Source: a virus (taxonomy: Duplodnaviria; Caudoviricetes). Taken from it: a stretch of 64,000 nucleotides of DNA. How positions within the stretch are numbered: position 1 is the first letter of the stretch; the number at the start of each line of letters is the position of its first letter. This document shows, in pieces, positions 55,943 to 64,000 of the stretch. The translations under genes were made by a program, and so were the position numbers. The stretch lies in IMG/VR virus record IMGVR_UViG_3300033483_000001, positions 402 through 64,401 of that record. The stretch is one strand, 5' to 3'. The notes below the pieces were generated by a model. That model was not told the DNA's origin, ran no database searches, and saw nothing but the letters and a program-made list of their open reading frames with translations.

Positions 55943-57612
55943 ACGACGAAACGAAGATGAGCAACAGCGAAGCGATGACAGTCGAGCAGCTGACCGCAGA
56001 GGAGAATGGCCGTCGCGCCGCCTTCGGCCCAGGCGCGAAGGCACCAGCCGCCGAGTGCCACCTGAACGCCAGCGCCGACATGCCAGACGAAGCTAAGGCG
56101 GCTCTGGCCAAGGTCGTGCGCGAGAACTACGCGTCTGCAACCAGCGCGAAGACGGAAGCGAAGCCTGCCGAGCAGCCCTCCCCTGCACTGGCCGTCGAGC
56201 CGCTGAGTGAGGCGGACATCAAGGGGTGTCTACTTCGCATGAACATCTTCGAGGCGGACAGAGAGTGGGTTCAAGCGTTCGCAGCGGCGAAGGATGTGGC
56301 CGAGCTTCAGCGCTCGAAGATCCGCCACGCGAAGCTGCCGACGGTGGAGGAGCTGGAAACTTCGATCGCGGACGTGTGCAGGCCGAGCAGACTTTTTGCT
56401 GATTGGGAGTTCCCTAGGCGCGCTGCTATCGCGGTCCTAGCCCGCTTCGGAGCGCAGCAGTCCGGAACGAGTGCCGAGACGACAGCACCTGCCGTCGACA
56501 CTACAGAGGCTGAGGATCTTGGAGCGGCTCTTCTGTGCAAGAAGCGAGGAGATGAAGGTTGGCTTCACGAGGTGATCCAGATTCACCGCGACCGCGAGTC
56601 GCGCATGGTGGCGGCGAAGCAGGCCGAAGTCGAGCGCCTGACCCGCGAGCGAAACGACTTGCGGTCGAAGTGTAACCGCTACCATGATGCAAACATGGAT
56701 CTGGCGAAAGCCATCTTCGAGATGGGCGGCGAGTCATTCAAGGGCGAGACGGCGACTCAGAAGGCGGCGCGGCTACTCCGCGAGCAGGCGGCGCAACTAG
56801 ACGAACAGGAGCGCTTCCGAGTAGCACACGCGAAGCAATGGTCCGACACTATTCGTCGTCTGTGCGCCGGCACTGGCATCGACTCTATGCAGACAGAGGA
56901 AGCCATCATTGATACTGCTGCGAGAACTCTCAGCGAGCAGCGGGAGAAGCTCGACGAGCAGGGACAATCCATCTCAGAAATACAAGCGATGCGCGATCAG
57001 CTTGAGGAGCGAGAGCAGAAGGTTGCCGAGCAGGCGGCCGAGATCGTGCGGCTGAAGCGCGAACTTGAGGCTGCATGCGAGCGCGAGGCGACGCTCACAG
57101 GAGAACTCGATGCTGAGATTGAGCGGATCAAGGAGAGCGCAACGCAACCAACGCAACCATCGCCAGCCGAGGCGCCGATGCCTCGGCTTGAGAGGATAGT
57201 TACTGACCTTCATCTGGACACACTGCCAGCCAGTGTAGACCCTGAGAGCTGCTCAGTTGGGGTGTATGTCATGGACGACGCCCGCGCCGACATGGCCGAA
57301 GCGCGAGCCGCGGACGCCAAGCGGATCGCCGAGCTGGAGGCTGAGCTGTATCGTATGTCCGAGGCATTGTCAGCTTCTGGGAGGTCGTGCGATTCACTGG
57401 CAAAAGACTGCGTGGAGACCGAGAAAGAGCGCGATGAAGTTCGCAGCAAGGCAGAGGAGAACGCGCAGGCCGCGAGTGAGTTGGCAGAGCTGAGGGAGTT
57501 CTTCGCCAAGCACAACGGTATCGACGTCACGAGCGCGAATGCGAGCGACGATCACCGGAGAGCATGGGCGATTCTGCACCAAGGATCATCGGCCGGGAAG
57601 AATGGCGACTAG
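55939..57612 (+). CDS. coiled-coil hypothetical protein
   Basis: 557 aa, E/A/R-rich heptads; ATG overlaps upstream stop. Confidence 0.7.
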   Translation: MNDETKMSNSEAMTVEQLTAEENGRRAAFGPGAKAPAAECHLNASADMPDEAKAALAKVVRENYASATSAKTEAKPAEQPSPALAVEPLSEADIKGCLLRMNIFEADREWVQAFAAAKDVAELQRSKIRHAKLPTVEELETSIADVCRPSRLFADWEFPRRAAIAVLARFGAQQSGTSAETTAPAVDTTEAEDLGAALLCKKRGDEGWLHEVIQIHRDRESRMVAAKQAEVERLTRERNDLRSKCNRYHDANMDLAKAIFEMGGESFKGETATQKAARLLREQAAQLDEQERFRVAHAKQWSDTIRRLCAGTGIDSMQTEEAIIDTAARTLSEQREKLDEQGQSISEIQAMRDQLEEREQKVAEQAAEIVRLKRELEAACEREATLTGELDAEIERIKESATQPTQPSPAEAPMPRLERIVTDLHLDTLPASVDPESCSVGVYVMDDARADMAEARAADAKRIAELEAELYRMSEALSASGRSCDSLAKDCVETEKERDEVRSKAEENAQAASELAELREFFAKHNGIDVTSANASDDHRRAWAILHQGSSAGKNGD

Positions 57613-57614
57613 AC

Positions 57615-58895
57615 ATGATCGACAAACTACACGTCCAGAAGTCATTTGTTCTGCTGGGAAGAAGCCTGACCAATTGCCTAGGATGCGGGTACTGTCGACT
57701 CAGCGACGGGGCCACCGACGGCCTCACCATGACAACGCTGCCGTCTGAGATCAACCAGGCATTTCGCGAACTCCCTGTAGCTGTCAACTTGTTCCACGGA
57801 GACCCGACACTGCAGATCCTCTACACGCAGAGATTACTACGGATGCTCGAACACGCAGGGCATGCTGGTCCAGTGGTCGTAATCCTGAAGGGGGATTTCC
57901 GGAGATTCCCAGTAGAGGATTTCGCTCTCGACCTGCACTTCGCATTTTCGACATTCGGGGTAGACCATCCGCTCGACGGCGGTTCGCGCGCCACCTTCAC
58001 ATCGAACCTTGCCGAAGCGAGCAGGCGCGGCTTGCACCACTACTCGATCGAGTACCGCCCGATCGTATACGGCGTGAACGATTCGCAGGAGACTGTCGAC
58101 TGGGTTCTTGACAGGGCAGCAGAGCATGGGATGGCCGTCGGGTATTCTGGCCTGCAGGGCAAGCCGTCGCTGGTCCAATCATGGCAGGCTCAGGGCCTAC
58201 CGCTCAGGCCATACCCTGGGTACCGCTTCGGTCACAAGAAGATGATCAGCGCCGAAGTCGAAGAACGAATCCGCAGCTCCGCCGAGAAGCGCGGTGCACC
58301 GGTATTCCGCAAGACATCGTGCTTAGTTTCATATACGCACGGGCTGGCGCGAGACTACAATGCGCATTACTACCGCCCTGGCGAGGTCGGATGCGCAGGC
58401 TGCCCGATGCGCGAGCGCTGCCACGAGTACAAGAAGAACTTGGGCTCGGTGAATACGGATGTCATCCCGTATCCCCACACCGTCGTAGAAAAGACAGACC
58501 ACGTCTGCGTCCTCAAGCGAAACGGAACGTGCGAGTTCCCGACGGACGATTGTTCGCGGATCAGCGGGCACGTCATCAAGACGCCAATCAAGCTCACGAC
58601 CGCGGACGTCCGCGTGACCAAGTGGCTAACCGGCCTAACGGTCGATGCTGATTTCGTGGAAAACCCACAGCTGAGTGATTTCTGGAACTCGCACGCCGGC
58701 CACCTCGACCAGCCGGCTGGTAATCCGAACGTCGACGCTGCGTCCGTGTTCACCAAAGAGGAACTCGACGATCTCCGTAATGGCACGAATCGCGGCTACA
58801 TAGACGCACGAGACAGCTACATGCGACGCACTGGATGTTCCATTGAGTGCGCCGAAGCGGCGATAGCACGGTGGAGATCGGTAGAGAACACATGA
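57615..58895 (+). CDS. radical-SAM-like Fe-S protein
   Basis: N-terminal NCLGCGYC, NLFHGDP, YRPIVYGVND and extra C-terminal Cys clusters. Confidence 0.6.
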   Translation: MIDKLHVQKSFVLLGRSLTNCLGCGYCRLSDGATDGLTMTTLPSEINQAFRELPVAVNLFHGDPTLQILYTQRLLRMLEHAGHAGPVVVILKGDFRRFPVEDFALDLHFAFSTFGVDHPLDGGSRATFTSNLAEASRRGLHHYSIEYRPIVYGVNDSQETVDWVLDRAAEHGMAVGYSGLQGKPSLVQSWQAQGLPLRPYPGYRFGHKKMISAEVEERIRSSAEKRGAPVFRKTSCLVSYTHGLARDYNAHYYRPGEVGCAGCPMRERCHEYKKNLGSVNTDVIPYPHTVVEKTDHVCVLKRNGTCEFPTDDCSRISGHVIKTPIKLTTADVRVTKWLTGLTVDADFVENPQLSDFWNSHAGHLDQPAGNPNVDAASVFTKEELDDLRNGTNRGYIDARDSYMRRTGCSIECAEAAIARWRSVENT

Positions 58896-61800
58896 AGCAG
58901 CAAGAGTCAAAGCGTGCCGCGCGCAAGCCGAAGTGCAAGTGCGGCCACGCGAAGATCGATCACTTTGGCAAGTGGCACAATGGAAGATGCGGGGGACCTG
59001 ATGACATAGGATGGTTCTGTCCGTGCATTAGGTTCGACGAGAATATGAGCCACTCGCGCAAGCCGGCTCAATTCAAACGGTGGATCGGGTTCAATGGAGG
59101 CACGCTGAAATACGACGGAGTTGTGTTCAGCGACTGGCCAGCACTGGCGGAGCTGCTCAACCGGAGACGAGTGGTGCTCACGAAAGGACGTGGAAAGTGA
59201 GTTATCAAGCAAATCGAGATGGTATAGAGGCAGCGTTTGGCCACGCGGCTGCAATGGCTCAGTCTGCGATTGTTGCGTCGGCCACCAGAATGGGCGATCC
59301 ACATGTGTTGATGAGGCCGCGGCTGTTCATCGACGGTGACAAGTGGTGCGCGCTATACGGCGAGAACTTGCAGGACGGCGTGTCCGGGTTCGGAGACAGC
59401 CCCGGTGCCGCCTGCATGGATTTCGATTCTGCTTGGTCTCGGAAGTTGCCGGGAAAATAGAAGGCGCTGGCAGATGTACATGGACGTGAGAGCGAGGAGG
59501 AATCCGTGACCTGCGACTTCTGCAAAGAGCACACTGAAGACCTGACCCCCGTAGGACCGGTGTGCGGAAGGCCGGCAACCCAGGTGATCCATTGGGCGGA
59601 CGGACGCTTGTCGCTGTCGTGCGATTGGCACGGCTTTTCTGCTCTCGACCCGCTGGCCAAGATGCTTGTGGCAAGGGTTGATGTGCTGCCCGGCGCGGGA
59701 GGAGTGAAGCCATGAAATACGTTCATCAGACCAGGAAGGGTCGCGAGCGATTCGAAGCTGAAGTTGATCGATTAGGGCTCCCTATCGACGAGCGCTACAG
59801 TTGTAACTTCGTGGGCAAGTTCTCCGGTCGCATGCCAGAGGAGAGAGCAAGTGAGCGACGATCGTGAATACCTGCAACGGATGTACGTCAACGGCTGCGA
59901 GCCCCTAAACTTGCCGGTGGTCAACATCGCCGTAGCTGGTGACAAGCGGATCAACGAACTGGCAGCCGAGAACGCCGACCTGCGCCGGCAGCTCGAAGCG
60001 GCCAAGGGCGAGGCGCAGCGGACCGTGTACGTGCCTGCAGTTGACGGATCACAGGCATTGACAAACATCATGCTTTCATCGTGTTGGTCGGACACGCCAG
60101 AACATTCAGAAATCGACGTGTTCGATCCGGAGAGCATGCAGGTCTACGCCGTCACGTTGACGGCGAGGGAGGTGGGCAAGCCATGAGCGTGCTTCGCCAA
60201 GTCATGTTAACAATCGTGTGTGGGGATGAAACCTGCGATCAGTGCAGTTGGATTGCCTACGACTTCATGGTCAGTTCCCACGTGTGCAACATGTTCGAGA
60301 TGCTCATTCTTGACGGCAGGAGGTGTCTGCCGTGCAAGGAAGCTGAAAGGAATGCGCGCAAGTCATGACAGACGAACCTGATATCGATCACATGTGCCAA
60401 ACGTGCCACCACTGGGGAGCTCCATTTGTGCAAGGTTGGGCAATTGACAGCCTTTGGCCATGCGTGTGCCCAGTCCCGCAATGGGCCGATGGGGTTGATC
60501 GGAAAGATGTCCACGCTGAATACGGTAGAAGCTGCGAAGCCTATTGTTACAGCTATAGGCGAGCGAGATTGGCAGGTGGGAAATGAAGAAGGAAACAGGA
60601 GCATTCCGACGCTGGGACTACAGCAGAACTGGAAAGCACTTCACCTACGACTTTGGAGAAGGTGGTGTCCTCGTCCGAGGAGAGATGGTCGCCAATCTGC
60701 TTGACAAGTTCATGGTTGTTCCGCCAATGCGTGCTAGGAGGGGTGTAAGGCAATGCCGAAGCACGCGCCACTAGCCTCGCGTAGGCACAACTTCGAGCAG
60801 ATGGTGCTCGCCAAGCAGCGCCAATGGGTGCATGCTGGGTGGTCGCCTGCTAGGATTCGCGCCGAAGTCGCGAGGCTGAAAGCAGAAAACAACGAGCGTA
60901 TGGCAAAGCAACAGGAGGTGAAACAGTGCAATCAGTAGAGCTTACCGAGATGGCAGAAGACTTGCGACTTGAGCGAGACAGGGCCGCCATGCAGGTGAGC
61001 AAGCTGTCAGCTGCGATTCGCCTGGCAATATCCAGAGCTAGAGAGCAAGCCGCGATCGCTTGGGCATGCGAGTCTGAGCCTGTCAGGTATATGGGGAAGT
61101 ACGTCGGTGGGATCGCAGACATGCTTGAAGCTGCGCTTGAATCTACGATGAAACAAACGGATGGCGTGCGGAATGACGAAGGCTAGTAAGCTCTACCGCG
61201 TATGGGTTAAACAGGTCAACCAAACGTGTTTCGACGTTGAGGCAACTGACGTCGACGACGCAATCGCTAAAGCCGAGCGCAAGTGGAGGCGCGAGTATTT
61301 CGTTCCTTCGATTTCTAACGTCAAGCAGATCGTACAAGAGGACCGTCATGACGAAGGCTGACCAAGACCCATTCGACGATCCGTCCTACCAGCGGTGGAT
61401 GTCGCAAGTCGCGAGCACGTGCCGAGCGCGTGACAAGCCGTGCGGAGGTTGCCAGGCAGGCGGCATCTGCGACGGGGCGATGGGCGGCGGACTGTACGAT
61501 GACGATGACCTGGACTATGGGAGCGAAGACCATGACGAAGGATGACATGCGGAAGCGACTCGCGCAGTTGAAGCGCGATCGGGACCTGGACAACGCCACG
61601 GCGGCGCACTGGAATCGCATGAACCCAGACAAGGAACCGCTGCCGGAGAGCGACGAGGCCGTGGATGCCGTGCTTGCGGAAGTGGAAGCGAAACTCAACT
61701 CGGAAGGGAAACCGTCGTGAAGAAGTCTGACCGCGAGGCGCTTCGGGAACGGCTCAACCATCGATTCGGGCACTTCACCAAGCCAATGGATTGGAAGTGG

Positions 61801-62234
61801 TGGGAGCTTGGCGTGTGGACTACGGTGATCAGCGAGATCGACCGCGCCGTCCGCCGGGAGCGCAGACGGGTGAAGGCAGAGGCCGTGCTGTTCGAAGAGA
61901 GGAAGCGAAAGCGATGAAGATCAAAGGACTTGAATTCGTTTGCACGTGCCACTGGTGGCCTGAGCAATACGACGTGAAAGACTCCGACGGGAAGATCGTC
62001 GGATACGTGAGGCTACGCTTGGGATACTTCCTGGTCGAATACCCGGAGTGCGACGGCGAGACGGTTTTCGAGGAAGAATTCCCGATCTGCATGAAAGGCC
62101 GCTTCGACGACGACCAGGAACGCGAGGTGTATCTCACGGCAGCCGCGGACGCTATACTGGCGGCTATCGCCCGATCTGGGCAAGGTGGTGCATGTGCCGA
62201 ACAGCCAGCGCCACGCCAAACGCAATCCAGCTGA
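58892..62234 (+). CDS. cluster of small hypothetical genes
   Basis: coupled ORFs including 58892-59200, 59197-59460, 59506-59715, 59851-60186, 60365-60586, 60583-60774, 60926-61186, 61717-61917, 61914-62234. Confidence 0.55.
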
Positions 62235-62523
62235 GAGCGAACATCATCAGAACTTCTGCAAGTCCTTTGTCGTCTGCTGGGATCGGAAGCGACTCGATTG
62301 CCTTGTCGATTCTCGGTTCAGCTCGCTTCCAGCCTGCAGCGAGCGTGGTCAGCATGCCAACCGTGACCCCTAGCTTCCCCTCAGTGCTTAGCCCGAGCGC
62401 CCCCCACCACGTGATGCCGATCGAGGCCGCTGCGAACAGAACTCCGACGGCTGTTACGATCCTGTGCAGCTTGGCCTTGGTCGGCGGGTAGACAATCGAT
62501 GACAGGTATCTGAGTGCTTTCAT
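62164..62523 (-). CDS. holin-like membrane protein
   Basis: 119 aa with 2-3 hydrophobic segments; start MKALRY at 62523. Confidence 0.5.
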   Translation of the reverse strand: MKALRYLSSIVYPPTKAKLHRIVTAVGVLFAAASIGITWWGALGLSTEGKLGVTVGMLTTLAAGWKRAEPRIDKAIESLPIPADDKGLAEVLMMFALSWIAFGVALAVRHMHHLAQIGR

Positions 62524-62822
62524 GGTGTGTCTTTTCCTTTTACGAGTCGCGCGCGTTCGCGTAGGTACCAGGCTTGGGCCTCCTCTGGAGAGCGAATGAC
62601 TACCGGCTTTGCCCCTTTCCACGTTCGAGCGAATTCTCTCTGTCCATCGGACAGCTCGCCGTCAGGCCCCTTTGCCTCTACCAGGAAAATGTGGTCGCAG
62701 AATCCAACGAGCAAATCCGGGATTCTCTTGCCTACGTCTCCTAGGTCTTCCACGCTGGCGCCGAGCTCCCGCAGCCGCTCGCGAATCGGCCCGTGGGTGG
62801 TATCGCGGCGCCCGTGCCTCAC
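62520..62822 (-). CDS. VRR-NUC / resolvase-like nuclease
   Basis: IPDLLVG...LVEAK...LSDGQREF motif. Confidence 0.8.
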   Translation of the reverse strand: MRHGRRDTTHGPIRERLRELGASVEDLGDVGKRIPDLLVGFCDHIFLVEAKGPDGELSDGQREFARTWKGAKPVVIRSPEEAQAWYLRERARLVKGKDTP

Positions 62823-63160
62823 AGCGAACGGACCTCGAGCACGTCGATCCCTGCCTGCCTCGCGAGTCTGGCTACTCTGGCGGTATCCTCACCTCCACGA
62901 AACGCTACGACGATGTCCGGGGCGAACGCTTTGAGCATCTGACCGATCTCGATATGCCCTATCACCTTGCCGTATCTCGTCACGTCCGCTTGGTACCTAA
63001 GCACTGGCCACCCTCTGTCTGTCGCGTAGGCCTCTGCCAGAGCATCGGCGCCAGGAGCACCACCGTGGGCGAGTTCCACCGGCCCATTGTATCTCCCGAG
63101 TGTTCTTCGAATCAGTTCGTAGTCGGCAAACTTCCGCGAGCCACAAACCAAAATTTTCAT
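62819..63160 (-). CDS. SLOG-family (YspA/DUF2493-like) protein
   Basis: MKILVCGSR, AHGGAPGAD and VVAFRGGEDT motifs. Confidence 0.85.
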   Translation of the reverse strand: MKILVCGSRKFADYELIRRTLGRYNGPVELAHGGAPGADALAEAYATDRGWPVLRYQADVTRYGKVIGHIEIGQMLKAFAPDIVVAFRGGEDTARVARLARQAGIDVLEVRSL

Positions 63161-63166
63161 GTGCCA

Positions 63167-63175
63167 AGCATAGCA
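63167..63175 (-). promoter_or_regulatory. extended -10 promoter, predicted leaderless
   Basis: TGC-TATGCT, 6 nt, ATG at 63160. Confidence 0.45.
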
Positions 63176-63180
63176 TGAAA

Positions 63181-63369
63181 TCACCCGGCCATGTATCGAC
63201 GAGACTCCTTGCCCTGCGCGCTCGGAGGACACGGACGCCGCCAGTCGTGAGTCTTCAGGCGTACGTCGAAGCACTTCTTGCACTCAAAAAATGGAAGCGC
63301 TCTGGATTGCACCGGTTCATGTCCTTGCTCGTCGATCTTCTTTCGCCTCTTCCCCATCGTGCCTTTCAT
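63181..63369 (-). CDS. small zinc-ribbon-like protein
   Basis: FFECKKCFD...RPCP. Confidence 0.4.
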   Translation of the reverse strand: MKGTMGKRRKKIDEQGHEPVQSRALPFFECKKCFDVRLKTHDWRRPCPPSAQGKESRRYMAG

Positions 63370-63662
63370 GGTGTTGGTTGCGATAGCAGTGCTGTTTGCT
63401 GCCGCTGCGAATGCCTGTCGATATAGCCAAGCACTTGCAGCCCAAGGCCAAAGACAGCGGCGATCATCACGATGATCGTCACATTCCTAGCCTGGGATTT
63501 CGCCGCCCCTACAACCTCTGCCTGTTGTAGCCTCATCGATGTCACTGTCTCCTCCAATGTCTGCAAGCGGGCTGCGAATGGGCAGTCTCGCTCATGGCGA
63601 GCAATGGCAAGCTCTACCCCTTCGTTTGTCGGCGATGGCGTCGCGTGCTTGTCACTGCTCAT
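63366..63662 (-). CDS. coiled-coil plus single TM protein (lysis-associated?)
   Basis: RLQTLEETV...VTIIVMIAAVFGLGLQVLGYI. Confidence 0.55.
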   Translation of the reverse strand: MSSDKHATPSPTNEGVELAIARHERDCPFAARLQTLEETVTSMRLQQAEVVGAAKSQARNVTIIVMIAAVFGLGLQVLGYIDRHSQRQQTALLSQPTP

Positions 63663-63699
63663 GTTGTCAAATCTCCTCGGCCACAGGCCGGCGCTTCGG

Positions 63700-64000
63700 T
63701 CAGTTGTTGTGTTTCTTGTTCATTGAGTAAATCGTCTCGTACCAGCGTAGCCGAGCTCTGTATAGACCTGGAAGCCTGTTCCAGCATCCGCCGGCAGACG
63801 CAAGCAGGTACCCGTGAGCCTGCTCGAACGTCAACCCGTAGCGGTACATCACAACCATGCTCGCGAACAGTCCAGTTCGGTCGCATCCGTGCGTGCAGTG
63901 CCAGGCTACAACGCCAGGGCCATCGTGCGATGCAACAGCCTGCGCCAACCAGTCAAGCGCCACAAGCTGTTCGTCCGTCGGGCCGCTGAAGTACTCCACC
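63700..64000 (-). CDS. Cx5R (PTP/dual-specificity) phosphatase, 5-prime end outside window
   Basis: VAWHCTHGCDRTGL active-site loop; frame open to the window edge. Confidence 0.8.
   Translation of the reverse strand, partial: VEYFSGPTDEQLVALDWLAQAVASHDGPGVVAWHCTHGCDRTGLFASMVVMYRYGLTFEQAHGYLLASAGGCWNRLPGLYRARLRWYETIYSMNKKHNN

Noticed and set aside
63659-63886. 75 aa minus-strand ORF
   Set aside because: Overlaps the phosphatase frame, which has a clear active-site motif.

Overview
The window is most of a GC-rich, contractile-tailed (myovirus-like) phage or prophage genome with three arms. (1) 1-31.0 kb, minus strand: virion morphogenesis, in transcription order terminase small and large, portal, an inserted accessory cassette (RNA-ligase-like protein, two glycosyltransferase-like proteins, FkbM-type methyltransferase, sulfotransferase-like protein), MuF-like head protein, protease/scaffold, decoration protein, major capsid, head-tail joining proteins, sheath, tube, tail chaperone with a -1 frameshift site, tape measure, baseplate and tail fibres. 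(2) 32.4-62.2 kb, plus strand: a dense array of small early genes, recombination (PD-(D/E)XK nuclease plus P-loop ATPase), two DNA methyltransferases, DnaA-domain-IV-like protein, replication initiator, DnaB, SSB, an Rnl2-type RNA ligase, lytic transglycosylase, dUTPase, a repeat protein and a radical-SAM-like protein. (3) 62.2-64 kb, minus strand: holin-like, VRR-NUC, SLOG and a truncated Cx5R phosphatase. I found no integrase, clear repressor, tRNA, CRISPR array or reverse transcriptase. The best leads are the glycosyl/methyl/sulfo-transfer cassette inside the head module, two unrelated RNA ligases plus a Cx5R phosphatase (possible RNA repair), a repeated structured intergenic element in the early array, and a set of promoters that appear to make leaderless mRNAs. 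All family assignments come from motif recognition and recall; no database search was run.
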